Of a stretch of DNA of 64,000 nucleotides, positions 49,020-62,300 are shown one piece after another; position 1 is the stretch's first letter, and every line of letters begins with the position of its first letter. The notes below the pieces were generated by a model. That model searched no databases. It was not told the DNA's origin and saw only the letters and a list, made by a program, of their open reading frames with translations. The stretch covers positions 248,001 to 312,000 of the forward strand of contig OZ287077.1 in assembly GCA_965645245.1 (NCBI GenBank). Reading direction: 5' to 3'. The position numbers and the translations under genes were made by a program. This stretch comes from Massalongia carnosa (lineage: Eukaryota).

Positions 49020-49699
49020 TTGTCCCCTTTTACATGTGTACTTAGTTATTATTTGAGCTATATATTCTGCTCTATCGAGCTCATTAGTTAGTAGTTCAAC
49101 AAACTCAGTCTCTACTTCAACCTATCCTATGATCTCTCAGATCTCTATAGTTATCATAATAAATTTAAAATGCAAAGAGTTCTTTATCCTCTTATCTTAT
49201 CAAGCGTAGTTAAATTACTGATGGACGAATTCTTTAGGGTTTTAAATTTGCTAATCAAAGCATCAAATTGGAACATCCTCCTGAAAAAACCGACTCGACT
49301 CGATGCGAGAAATTCATCTGCTTATCCGCCGACTGGCTTCTCTCATACAATTTGTCAAGATGAAGATAGAAATAGGCTAGGATAATCTGAATACACAATT
49401 ATCGTTGCGTGTTTGAAGTAGTGATCGATGAAGTTTCATCTACATGGAAGCTGGAAGCAAGACAAAATCTGCGCAGTCGAACGAAAAAAACAAAACTTGA
49501 AGGCTCTATCTCATCAGAAAATGAAATAAGGCGTTGCTTAGAGCTTGAAATGCAAATGCCTCTTGGTTCCTATCTCGACCCAACGGTAAAACTCGATGAC
49601 TCGTCAAGTACGTTACGTAAATGCATTTTTTAACAAAGAATGAAGGGATTCACTTGCTGATGAAACAGAACTAATGCAAGTAAAGCTAGGGGCAAAGAT

Positions 49700-51045
49700 T
49701 CAATCCATTACAATCGTTGCTTTGATACACTCCTTTGATCGAATGCTTTGCAATGCATCGCCAAATTGTTCAAGACGGAATTTGTGGCTTACTATTCCTC
49801 TCACATCTACCTTCCTGCTTTCGAGGTAATCCACTGCTCGAGGGAGGCACCACATTTCAGAGAACGACCTATTTAGCACTATTACTTTCCGTCAAGTCAA
49901 ACTAGATTCTTTCCACTGTAGCCACTCACCCTATGAGCGTAATCTCGTTTAAAAAGACCTTAGAAGGGGAAACTTTTATAAGCGCATCAGCATCGTAGAC
50001 GCCATAGAACACTAGCATTCCGCCCCGAGTACAATAATCGATTGCTTTCTCCAGAATCTTGTGAGAACCTGTCGCTTCTACTACGACATCAAACCCATAC
50101 GGGTGCCGTATCTTCAAGTCAGCCCATTGGGCTGAAGGATCTGTCCTGTCGAATTCGACGTACTCATCGGCCACCTTCAGTGATCTTGCCAAGTCCATCT
50201 TGGGACCTGCATTGGATGCTATTACAACATGAGCCCCTCCATTAATTCTCAGGAGCTGTGCAAAGCATAGGCCAGTGGCCCCAGCCCCGAGAAGTAGAAT
50301 CTTAGAGCCAACAGGGGCCTTGATTCTGTCCATTCCGTGCACCGCACAAGCAGTTGCTTCAAACAAAGATGCCTCTTCCCAAGATAGGTTATTGAAGCGG
50401 AACAATTTGGCGGCGCTGTAAGTACAATACTCCGCGAATCCTCCGTTCACTATCACCTCCGGCAACAGATCATATTATCAGTATTTGCGCTCAGAGATTT
50501 GGCAGATCAGATTAAGGAAATTTGACGTACAGTGAACACCATGGGCTAGCATGTTCTCACATAGCAATGACTTTCCCTTGCGGCAGTAATGGCAGTAGCC
50601 ACATGTCTCTGAATTATCTGCTGTCACCTTGTCACCGATATTGAAGCCTTTCACAGCAGCTCCAATCCTGACGACAATTCCAGATGTCTCATGACCTGTT
50701 ACGACAGGCATGCGCGATTCAAAATCACCGTCTCCAGAGACTTAGCAGAGCCCCTCTTGTATACCAAATCTGCAAAAGCTATTGCAAGGTTTCGAACTCA
50801 CCATGGATATGCAGGTCTGTTCCACAAATTCCGCATGATTTGACTTGCAATTACGTCAGTCAGATGTGTAATACTGAATAACGCTGAAGAGCAAAGGTTA
50901 AGCAGTAATGGCGATTAAAACGATACTCACCTTTGACAAGTACTTCGTGTAGCTGAGGCTCTGGAACTGGAATACTGACGAGTTCATAATCGCGTATCTT
51001 ATTGTAACGAATCGCTTTCATTTGAGTGGGAATTGTGTGTGCCAT
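49700..51045 (-). CDS. Zn-dependent medium-chain dehydrogenase, D-arabinitol/polyol dehydrogenase-like; 5 exons, intact
   Basis: CGICGTDLH, GHE, CGYCHYC...C and GAGATG; four introns splice into one open frame ending CIKATIVMD*. Confidence 0.9.
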
Positions 51046-51359
51046 TTCGGTTGACGAAGAACTATACGCTATTTGTTATGCACCAGTTCGAATGAGATAA
51101 GGAGCAAATTTGTAGGTGATTATATGTCGAGAATATTTGAAAGAGATAAAAGAGGTTTACACAAGGAGATAATGAAAGATGCATAGTTAGACTAGATACA
51201 AGGGATGCTTCACGTAAGATGCTGCGGACCAATCGTGACGACTAGCGTTTGCATTAGACTTCTGACTTTGAATGAGTCGAGAGATAAGAAAGTACCGAGG
51301 CGAGGAATACTTGCATGTATACTGTCAAAGCAGGTTTAATCGGGTTACACCACCTATGA

Positions 51360-51505
51360 TACGCAGCGCAACGGGTTGGGTTTTCGACGAGCAAAAATTG
51401 CTTTTTTGCAACCGACTCAAAACCCAACCCACACATCAAAAATAGTAGGGTTCGCCACAAACGGTTTGGATTTGATTAGAGAAACCCGATTCGATGCGCG
51501 ACGTT
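51360..51505. mobile_element. Degenerate hAT-type MITE, short form, reverse orientation
   Basis: TACGCAGCGCAACGGG start; internal similarity to 57631-57782. Confidence 0.7.
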
Positions 51506-51581
51506 ATCTTTGGAACGAAGAAACGTCTCTTAATGCTTATCAATTCAACGTCGTAATAGATTCAATTTGTAATTGTTATTA

Positions 51582-54500
51582 TGTCATGGTGTGAACTGAA
51601 CATCAGAAGGTCCATTGAACTTCCATCTACCATTAAGGTTTAGCTCGGTCGCACGGACCAGCTTGTGTGCTGTCTCTTCCGCGCTGCTGCGGTCTAACCG
51701 CATTGGGCTTAGAATGCCATTCAGGAGGCATTTAGGAAATCTCTGCAAGCAAGCAATGCTTTTCTCTTCGTGTACGTCTTGTCGAGCTATCATGTTGCAA
51801 ATAAAGCACTGTTCACCACGTGGATAGGACCTCTGCCTACAGACCGTGACATTACGAACACCTCACCCATACTCCAGTGTGGATATCCTCCTCGCTCTAC
51901 CAGCATGTCCTCGGACACACCTACCAGTTCCTCTTCCTCCTCTCCTTCGCTCTCCGTCCTCGGTGGAAACATCGATCTTGTTAGCACTTCAGCCTCCCCA
52001 GAAGCATGGCTTCTTTCAGTACAGAACAACACTTCGAGATTGGTACCGATACATTCATGGTCTAGGCACATTCGTCAAGGAGAGTAAGAGATCGTTGGAA
52101 GCACAAGCCCAGTTCCATGAAGAGAAGTCTAGACTATACGAGGAACAGGTGCAGCGGTACAACCTTCTTGAAACCGAGCATAACGAACTGTATGAGCAGC
52201 TCCGGGCCTCCAATAACGAAAACGTTTCTGCTCGCGCCATTGTCTCTACCCTCGGTCAGCAAATCCAAGGGCATCAGTGTCAAACCACAGCCAGGGGAGA
52301 CAGTCGTTCTGAAAAGCTTCCTGATATTCCAAAGTTTTCCGGAAACAAGGAGGAGCTTCGTTCCTGGATCACTCAACTGCACCTCAAGCTCTTCGTTAAC
52401 GCTGATCGATATGTAGGCCCCAAAGTTGGTCTTGTTTATGCTATTAGTCGACTGGAAGGTTTGGCATTGTCCTAGATTCAGCTATATGTCAAGTCCGAGA
52501 ACGAGATCGCTCTCGAGGATGTTCTAGCCCTATTAGTATTGTTAGAGAGATCCTTCGGCGACCCAGATGAGAAGGCAACCGCTCAACGAGAACTGCGCTC
52601 CCTCCGTCAGCGCAATCGAGAATTTCATGTATACCTCTCCGACTTTCAGCGCTTAGTCCCTGACACCAACTTCGACGAGGAAGCCCAACGTTCAGCCCTT
52701 CTAGACGGGGTGAGCGACGAGCTTAAGCAGTTGATAGTCACTCAGGATCTACCGAACGACCTGAACGGACTGATTTCTTTACTGCAGAAGCTGGACACCC
52801 ATCAGCGCAATGTCAACGCCTCACTCCAGAAGCCCTTCTCGTCTCGGTCCCCTTCGTCGCCCTCCGTAGGAAGTACTCCTCGCCCGCCGACGGGAGGAGG
52901 TGTTGCTTTGCCTCGTGCTTCTTCGTCCGCCCTCTCGTCCCCCTCTGCGGCTCCGGCCTCTGACCCCATGGACCTCTCAGCCGTTGGGCGAGGGAAACTA
53001 CCTACAGCGGAGGTCAGTTGACGGATGACCGAGGGCCTCTGTCGTTATTGCGGAGAGTCTGGACATTTCGCTACGAACTGCCCAAAGTTAGCCAAGGGTT
53101 CGGGAAAGCTGAGGCCATCACGCCTCAATGAGGCCACTCTCGCTGAACCGGCGGAAAATGTAGAGTCTTCGAGCTAAGTCGCGCTCGAAGACCATTGGAA
53201 GGACCTTCATTGTCAATTTCGGTTTTTTCTGTCAGAAGATTCGTTAGAGGGTAGACACCTCGTCATACCTATTAGACCTTCTGTTGACAACCGTTCCTTC
53301 TGCACCCATGCCCTGATCGATTGCGGTGCCGCTGGTTATGCATTTATTGATGCCTTCTTCGCGCAAAGAAACTCCCTGCCCCTTAACCCCCCTCGCTCAC
53401 CCTCGTGTCCTCAACGTAGTGGATGGTCGCCCATCCGCTGGAGGAATTTTGACCCATCTTGCTAATTTGGGAATGAACGTCAAGAATCACACGGAACGTG
53501 GTTTGTTTTTCGTTACCCAGTTGGGTCATTATCCTGTTGTTCTGGGAGTTAAATGGCTTCAAATCCACGATCCATCCATTAGCTGGGTGCATAATAGTCG
53601 GACATTTTCGTCCCCTCACTGTTTTCAAGAGTGTTTATTGAAAAAACGCTCACCTCTTGTCATTCCTGGTACCCATGACCTCTCGGAAGAGCTTCCCCTC
53701 GAGGCTGCTTCTTTCTTGAAACATACAGTTATTGAACCTCCTGAGCACAAGGTCCCTCTCGAGGCTATTGAACCTTTCGAGCCTGCCCAATTGTACATGC
53801 CTGTCCAGGATGTCAAGTGGGAGGTGGTCGAGCCCTCTGAACCTAAGAACCTCCGTGTTAACGCTAGTCTTGAACCCTCGAAGCTCATGCATCCTGTACT
53901 GTCCCCTGTCCTGTCCCCTGTTCTGTCCTATGTCCTGTCTCCAGATTTGAGTATTCACATGAACGGGGCCTCCCCTTTCTCGACCCTTATGAAGAATTGG
54001 AAGAATGAGATATTCACTGCTTCTCTTTATGAAATTGACGAAGCAGTTAAGGCTAGTCAAGCCGTTAACCTTTCCGCTGCATCCCTGGGGAACGTCGAGA
54101 AGACGTTAAAACCCAAGATTTATGTTGATCCTGCCACTGTTTTCCCCAAGTAATTACATGACTTACTAGATGTTTTCTCCAAAAAGGAAGCCGATAAGCT
54201 TCCACCACATCGTTCTTATGACCACAAGATCGCTATGACCGAGGGAGCTATTCATCCTTCGGGCCCACTGTACAAGATGTCAGCCCCTGAATTACAATTT
54301 TCACAGAAATATCTAAAGGAAAACCTCGCGAAGGGGTTCATTCGCTCTAGCTCATCGCCTGCCTCCTCTCTTGTTCTGTTCGCCCGAAAGCCTTCCGGAG
54401 GACTTCGTTTCTGTGTAGATTACCGAGCCCTGAATGCCATTACAGTTAAGAATCGCTACCCACTGCCTCTGAATTCAGGAAACCCTAGACCGACTAGCCA

Positions 54501-57399
54501 AAGCGGTGATCTTCTCCAAGTTCGACATAGTGGCAGCCTTCAACAAGCTGCGCATTCAAAAGGGACAAGAGTGGATGACGGCGTTCAAGACGCGATTTGG
54601 TCTCTATGAGTACAATATAATGCCCTTGGGACTATGTGGAGGACCAGGCTCCTTTCAGCTTTATATCAACGATGTTCTTAGAGAATATCTCGATGCCTTC
54701 TGTACTGCCTATATTGATGATATCCTAATTTACAGCAAGTCCGTCAAGGAACATAAGATTCATGTACGAAAAGTGCTCGAAGCGCTTCGAGCCGCCAGAC
54801 TTCAGTTAGACATTGGGAAATGCGAGTTCTTCGTTACCGAGACTACCTACCTGGGACTGATAATCTCCGACAAGGGTATACGCATGGATCCTCAGAAAGT
54901 TCTGGCCATCAAAGAATGGGCCTCGCCAAAGAACGTTAGAGACATTCAGGCCTTTGTGGGTTTTGCCAACTTTTATCGTCGTTTCGTCAGAGGATTCTCT
55001 GAAATAGCCTCCCCGTTGATCAAGTTGCCTCGGAAGAACACTGTCTTTGCCTGAAATCAGGAGTGCGAGAAAACCTTTCAGGTCCTAAAGGATGCTTTTG
55101 TCAGCGATCAGGTCTTGATGCATTTCGATCCAGAGAAGAAAATTATAGTTGAAGTCGATGCCTCCGACTGGGTAGTTGGAGGAGTTCTGTCGCAGTACGA
55201 TGATGAGGGAGTATTGAGGCCGGTGGCCTTTTTCTCCAAGAAACACTCACCTGCAGAAATCAATTACGAAATCTATGATAAAGAACTCATGGCTATCGTT
55301 CGTGCTTTTGAGGAATGGCGATCAGAGCTCGAAGGAGCTGCCTTTCCCTTATGTCATTTCAATTCACAAGAATCTAGAGTACTTCATGACAACCAAACAA
55401 CTAAGCCGCCGTCAAGCTCGTTGGTCAGAATATCTTTCCCGTTTTGATTTTAAGATCGTGTACCGCCCAGGAAAGAGTGGAGGAAAACCAGACGCACTGA
55501 CTAGAAGGTCTCAAGACCTACCTGAAGGGGAGGATGACTCTCGATTGAAGATTCAACATCAAGTGGTCTTGAAACCTCGAAATCTGGAACTTCTGAGCAA
55601 TATTGTAGACAATGCTAGTCAAGTTGACGATCGTCAAACGGAGCAAGAGGCCGAACGGACTCTGGAAGAATCTGGACTGAAGGCCTTCAAGTCGACCCAT
55701 TTCCGACGAAGATCCTTGGACTATTGCGAGACAAAGTAAGCCACTCGAAAGAAATCTCCGTGGCGGAGTGCGAAGAAATCAATGGTTGACTGCATTATCG
55801 AGGGAAGATGTACGTCCCGGACTCACATGCACTGAAAATGAAACTGTAGAATAATGCACGACAGCCCAGTAGCGGGACACCCAGGAAGAGCAAAGACTTT
55901 TGATCTTATGCAACGTCAGTATTATTGGCCTCGGTTTTATCAGTTCATAGCCAAGTACGTGAAGCATTGTCATGTTTACGCCCGAAGTAAGACCTTTCGT
56001 CAAGGGAAGACGGGAGTACTCAGGCCTCTGCCGGTACCAGAACAACGCTGGCAGGATCTTTCAGTGGACTTTGTCACCGGTCTACCCGAGAGCAAGGGGA
56101 TCGATGCGATCATGGTAGTGGTTGATCGTCTTTCCAAGATATGCCACTTCTCGCCCTGCCTCACCACTCTCGACGTCGAGGGCCTCGCCGCACTGTTCCT
56201 GAAGGATATCTGGAGATTACATGGGCTACCACGAACAATCATCTCGGATCGAGGAGTGCTTTTCGTCGCGGATTTTTAGAAATCATTATGCAAGCGTTTG
56301 GGAATTCAGGGTCTTCTGTCTACAGCCTTTCACCCGGAAACAGACGGGCAGACGGAACGAGTCAATTCCTCCATGGAACGATATCTGCGGATGTACTCCG
56401 ACTACTTACAGGACGATTGGGTTGACTGGTTACCGCTGGCAGAGTTCACTGGCAATAATACGACCTCGGAGACCACTGGCTTCAGCCCCTTCTTTGCTGA
56501 AATGGGATTTCATCCGCGTATGGGATTCGAGCCTGTGGATCAAGTATCGTCATCCGCTAGTCTCAACGCTGAGAGCTTTGTCATCAGAATGCAGGAAATA
56601 AGCAGAAAGCTTCAAGAAGAAATGCAGTTCTCGCAAGCGAAATATGAGTCAGACGCCAATGAACATCGAGTCCCAGCTCCGGTTTATGAAGTAGGAGACA
56701 ACGTATGGCTGAATGCCAAAAACATACGTACTCAGAGACCTGCTCGCAAACTGGACTGGAAGAAGCTCGGTCCCTTCAGGGTGTCCCAAGTCGTCAGTAA
56801 ATACGCGTATCGCCTCGACCACCCTCCCGGTATGAAAATCCATCCAGTGTTCCATGTCTCGCTCCTGACCCCTGTCCCTCGCGATCCTCATCCTGGCCAC
56901 ATCCCTCCGGCTCCCCCAGCAGTCCTCGTCAACGGCGAGGAAGAGTATGAAGTGGAGGAAATTCTCGACTCCAAGCTTGTGCGAAAACGCCTGAAGTACC
57001 TTGTGCAGTGGATAGGACGGAACGATCCTACTTGGGAATACGCTTAGTACGTTAACAACGCAACTGCTAGAGTGAAGGGATTTCATAGACGTTATCCAGG
57101 TAAGCCCCAGTGATTCACACCAACTGTCATCAATAGCCTGCGTGGATTCAGGCCTCGATGGAGGGAGCTACTGTCAGGGTGTAAACTGAACATCAGAAGG
57201 TTCATTAAACTTCCATCTACCATTAAGGTTTAGCTCGGTCGCACGGACCAGCTCGTGTGTTGCCTCTTCCATATAGGAAATCTCTGCAAGCAAGCAATGC
57301 TTTTTTCTTCGTGTCGTCTTGTCTAGCTATCATATAGCATACTTCATAATAAAGCACTGTTCACCACATAGATAGGATCTCTGCCTACAGACCGTGACA
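51582..57399 (+). mobile_element. Ty3/gypsy chromovirus 2, degenerate
   Basis: LTRs at 51582-51851 and 57172-57399 (diverged, with an indel), TATTA TSD, PPT GAGGGAGCTAC; gag, PR, RT (YIDD), RH, IN and chromodomain broken by many stops and frameshifts. Confidence 0.97.
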
Positions 57400-57630
57400 T
57401 ATTACTTCAAATAGAAATTCTTTTGCAGAAATCACGTAAACGTTGAAAATCAACAAGATATAAAGAATCCGATTTCTTCGATTATAATTTATTAGTTTTA
57501 ATAACAAACAGTAGCAAACAGAGTAGCAAACAGAATCCTTATATAAGTTATTAATTATTGTTGTATAATCGACTATTATTTTATAGACGATTTGATAAGA
57601 TTATCAAAGTCGATTTTATATAATCTTGAG

Positions 57631-57782
57631 GACGCCGCGCAACGGGTCGGGTTTCTCTACTGAAAACCTTACTCGTTCGTGGCGAACCCTATGATTTTTG
57701 GTATTCGGGTTGAGTTTTGAAAGAAAAACCCGGTGGCGAAAAAGCAATTTTGTGACGAAACCCCAACCCGTTGCGCGGCGTA
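57631..57782. mobile_element. hAT-type MITE, short form (152 bp)
   Basis: TIRs present; perfect 8-bp TSD ATCTTGAG. Confidence 0.95.
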
Positions 57783-57883
57783 ATCTTGAGATTAAATCGA
57801 ATTGTAATAGAAATAAGAAGAAGTTATTTGAATTATTGAATTAAAAGTATTATAACGTCGTCTTGTAAGACTAATTATTACTA

Positions 57884-58160
57884 ACGTCTTAGCCACCCAC
57901 TCGGGTCAGCCACGCAATCGGGTCACCCCACCAAAAATTTCTGACTACATATCATCACCAACAAAAATTCTAAAATCATCACCATATTACTTCCACCACC
58001 CCCAAAACTAACTAAAAACATCACTATCCATCTTCATTTCCTTCCAAACTGCCTTTGCGAACTTCACTTTACCATTTAAAGCATGGTATCGTTCCTTTTG
58101 TTTGGCCAATGCTTTCTCCTTTCTCTGTTTTTCCTCCGCAATCGCCTGTCCCTCGCCCAC
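57884..58160 (-). mobile_element. 3' end of a pogo/Fot1-like transposon, interrupted by gypsy 3
   Basis: TA + ACGT terminus with an internal TCGGGTCA direct repeat; transposase-like C-terminal tail VGEGQAIAEEKQRKEK... Confidence 0.65.
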
Positions 58161-58618
58161 TGTGAGAGTGACTCTGGAGTAGGAGTAGTGTAGTGGGTTA
58201 AGAGTAGAACAATTTAGTACGGAGTAGTTTAATTGTAAGATAATCTATCTAGGTGGGCCTAACACCACATTATATAGATCAGTGGGAATAGTCGAGGTCG
58301 AGTTTCTTCAGTACTCTGCCAACTACGCCAACTAATAGCGGACGTTCCTCCGTGGGCTCAGACCTTCTGTCCCGTCCCATTAGTCATCGCTTGACCTGAC
58401 TATAGTATGACTGTATTCAGCACCGCTGAGTCATCAGGCTTAGTAATAATCTATAAGAGGGACAGTAGACACTAGTCCTTATGGGTTATAATGCTCAGTG
58501 TGACTGCTAATAGATTGGTAGGTGCTAAAGCTAAAAGCTGATTCCCTGAAGATGGGAATCGAGCTTTCTATATACCCCTTGGGGTCCTATTTACTAACTA
58601 CTTGTCTGGTTACCTGTC

Positions 58619-58775
58619 TGCCTTGTTGCCTTCAGCTGAGGTCTAGTAGATAGCCTTGCTGCCTTCAGCTGAGGTCTAGCAGATAACCTTGTTGCCTTCA
58701 GCTGAGGTCTAGCAGATAGCCTTGTTGCCTTCAGCTGAGGTCTAGCAGATAGCCTTGTTGCCTTCAGCTGAGGTC
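58619..58775. repeat. 33-bp tandem repeat (~5 units) within the LTR
   Basis: GCCTTGTTGCCTTCAGCTGAGGTCTAGCAGATA units. Confidence 0.9.
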
Positions 58776-59357
58776 TCCTAGGCGTCCCAGGCCTCCCATG
58801 AGATCGAGGCTTATCTGAATAGCTTCAGTTGCTGCCTAATAAACTGGTAAGGCTGATTGCTGATGGCTTAGTATTGCTATCCGCCTTATCATGACTAAGC
58901 ATCCGGATTATCAGTCACCCGGTCTTCTTGGGTGAGTCATCTCAGGAGCTAGCGCAGTCCTGTATTGCCGCGCTATTACAATTACCTCCCTTCTAGTAAT
59001 GAGCTCCTGCGAAATTCATCCCAGGTAGTTCGTGCGTTCAGCCCATCATCGCGTGGTAATTGCAAGCGGTTAATCGTGCCGATGGCTTTAACGTCGATGG
59101 CCGCTTGAATGCAGGCTAGCAAGAGTTGGGATTTGTAAGAGCTTGGAAGATATTAGGATAACATAACTTGATGCTCTGGCTCAGCCTCATTAAAAACCTC
59201 CCACCTCCCTTCTAGGGAAGGTGCTAGGAAAAGAGCTACTGGCCTGGATGGAATCGAGCATGACGTTACTGCAACACATTGCTGAGCTCCTAGCGCAGCC
59301 TCATTAAAAACCTCCAACCTTTTTTCGTGGGCAGGTGGTAGGAAAAGAGTGCTGGCC

Positions 59358-62300
59358 TTATTTAGTCCTCTTTGTGCGTCGTCCTGTTTCTTTCGCTAAT
59401 GAGGGAGTTCTAGTGGCCTGAGGGGTGGACTTTGCTGTTGGCTTGGTAGGATTTTTCTCATGAAATTCCCTCAATAGCTTTCGTAGATGTTTGACGCCGG
59501 CGACGGGCTCCCATGTGTCTTCCGCGTCGGGATAACCTTTCCAATGCACTAGATAATATAATCCAGCCGGTCGTCCGTCTTCTGCTTCTTTTGCATAGAC
59601 TGCACTATCTCGTATGCACTCTACTTCATACTCTTGCATGTCATCGTCTTCGAATTCAAGCTGTTCAGCCATTTGTTCGTCTACTACCTCCCTTCTAGTG
59701 GTGTCTCTTTCCAGCAGAGACACATGAAAGACTGGGTGTATTTTCCAACTTTTCGGAAGTTCTAGCTCGTAAGCTTGAGTGCCTACAGGCCTCAACACCT
59801 TAAAGGGACCCAAGAACTTATGCTCAAGCTTCTTGTTCCTTTTCGTCTTAATATGTTTGCTGTTTAGCCAAACCATATCATCGGGAGCGTAGCAACGTTC
59901 TTTCACCGTTCTATTGTGATATTTGGCTTGATTGTCTTGGGCTAATTGCAGGTTATTTTTCAACTCTGCTAACAAATCGCGTAGATTTTTAGCCTGTTCC
60001 TCAGCTGTCTTCGACTTCGATCGAGGGTCTTGGTTATCTTCATAACTCATCCTTGGGTGGTAGCCTATATTAGCCTCGAACGGGGTGAGCTTGGTGCTTG
60101 AATGACGGGTGTTATTGTATGCAAATTCAGCGGTAGGGAGCCATTGCACCCAGTCATCTTGTTCGAAACGGCAGTAAGACCTAAGGTAAGCTTCCATGGT
60201 ACTATTTTGACGTTCTGTCTGACCGTCTGTTTGTGGATGGAAGGCTGTGCTTAGCCTACGCTTTATCTTCATGTAATAGCATAGGGATGACCAGAAGTTT
60301 GATGTAAATAGCGAGCCCCGATCGGTGACTATGGAGTCAGGTAGGCCGTGATACTTGAACACGCAGTGCCTTAGCACTTCAGCTAACTGTTCAGCAGTCA
60401 GCGTTTTCTTCACTGCCTCATAGTGCACCATCTTGGTGAGCCTATCAACGACGACTAGGATGGAGTCATAATCAACTCCCCTCCAGTCCTTACTCTTAGG
60501 TAAGCCAGTGACGAAGTCCATCGTAATGTCCTTCCACTTATGAGTTGGTATAGGCAACGACTGCAAGTTTCCATAAGGCTTATGCCTCGTAGCTTTGCTA
60601 CTCATGCAGACGTCGCAACCCTCTACATAGCGTGCTATGTCTGACTTCATCGATGGCCAGTAGTACTTTCTACTCACTAGCTCAATCGTCTTGTCTTTCC
60701 CGAAGTGCCCTGCCAGCGGATCATCATGATTTAACTCAAGAATTTCTCCTCGTAAGGAGGCTGGGATGTAGGCCTTTCCTTCATGGAATAGACAGTGGTC
60801 CGAGTCCGACCATGGCTCGCTGGAGGGCGCCACCTCCTGTGTCCCCGACACGTCACTGTCTTTCAAGGTAGCTAACCTTTTCCGAACAGTGATAGCGACC
60901 TCGTCAACCTGTTGCAACTCAGGAAGACGCTCTAATACTCCCCTAGAAGCGGGTTGAGTATAAGGTGACTCGCGCTGTGCGAGAGAGTTTCGCAATGAAC
61001 TCCAGTATGCCTTCACCTTCGGAACAACCAATGTTCCGCATGTTATGATCTTCCATATTTCACCGTGGTGAGACCCCGTCGGGCCAGAAGCATCATCTAA
61101 CGACTCCCCTGACATTGCCCTCATTAGACAAACGCGTGCGTTCTTATCTGCTAGGGATGTCTGCAAAAGGTGGAGCGTTTTGCGGTTTTCAACCAGCACT
61201 TCGCCATCATCATCGCCAGCGGTAGGAGGTCTTGACAGCCCATCGGCTGGGTTCCTCTTACCCTGACGATAATCGATGCGGAAATTATACCTGGAAAGCT
61301 CTTGAGCCCACCTTACTTGCCTGCCGCTTAGGCGCTTGGTATCCATAAACCTCGTAAGGTTATTGTGATCAGTCAACACGAGAATTTCGTGAGACGACCC
61401 CTCAAGGTAATGTCTCCAAATTTTGAAGGCCTCGACTATCGCTAATAGTTCAGCATCATGGGTCTCGTAATTACGCTCAGCCGGTAGCATCTTGCGTGAG
61501 TAATAGGCAACAGGGTGCCATTGTCCCTCGTCATCTTGCTGAGCCAATATGCCGCCAATAGCATAACCTGACGCATCGGTTTCCACGCGTACTGGTTTAC
61601 TAGCATCGTAATGCCTTAGTACCGGGGCCTCTATGAACGACTTTTTCAGCTTCTCAAAAGCCTCTAGAGCTTCCTCCGTAAGGAACTCGCTTTCGACACC
61701 CTTAGGTGCTTTCTGTCTATGATTAGCGGGCTTTGTTTTCAGCATAGCGGTAAGTGGCCCTGCTATTTTACTGAACCCACGAATGAATCGTCTATAGAAA
61801 TTCGCGAAGCCTATGAACACCTGTACATCGCGTACGCATGTGGGCCGTGGCCAATTTTGCACTGCTTGGATGCGATCTTTTCGCATATAAACACCCTTAG
61901 GATTGATGACATAGCCTAGGAATTCGACTTCGTCGGTGCTGAATCGGCATTTTTGTAAGTTACAAAATAAGCCATGCTTGCGGAGTTGTTCTAACACCCA
62001 TCGCACAGCATCTTCATGGGCCTTACCCTTCTGTTCGGTATAGATCAGTATATCATCCAAATAAACGATGCAGAAGACATCCAGTTTTAGTGCCAACGCT
62101 TTATTAATATAAGCTTGGAAGGAGGCGGGAGCATTGGATAATCCGAACGGCATGACGCAGTATTCGAAATGGCCATATCGGGTGCGAAAGGCTGTCTTCC
62201 ATTCGTCGCCTTTCTTAATTCTGATGCGATTATAGGCTGCAGTCAAATCCAATTGGGTGTATTGTTTGGCCCGTCCTAGTCGATCTAAAGACTCGCCTAC

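Noticed and set aside
58996..59015. Hammerhead-like TAATGAG-stem-CGAAA
   Set aside because: The core lacks CUGA, it is antisense to the element, and no convincing stems I/III are present.
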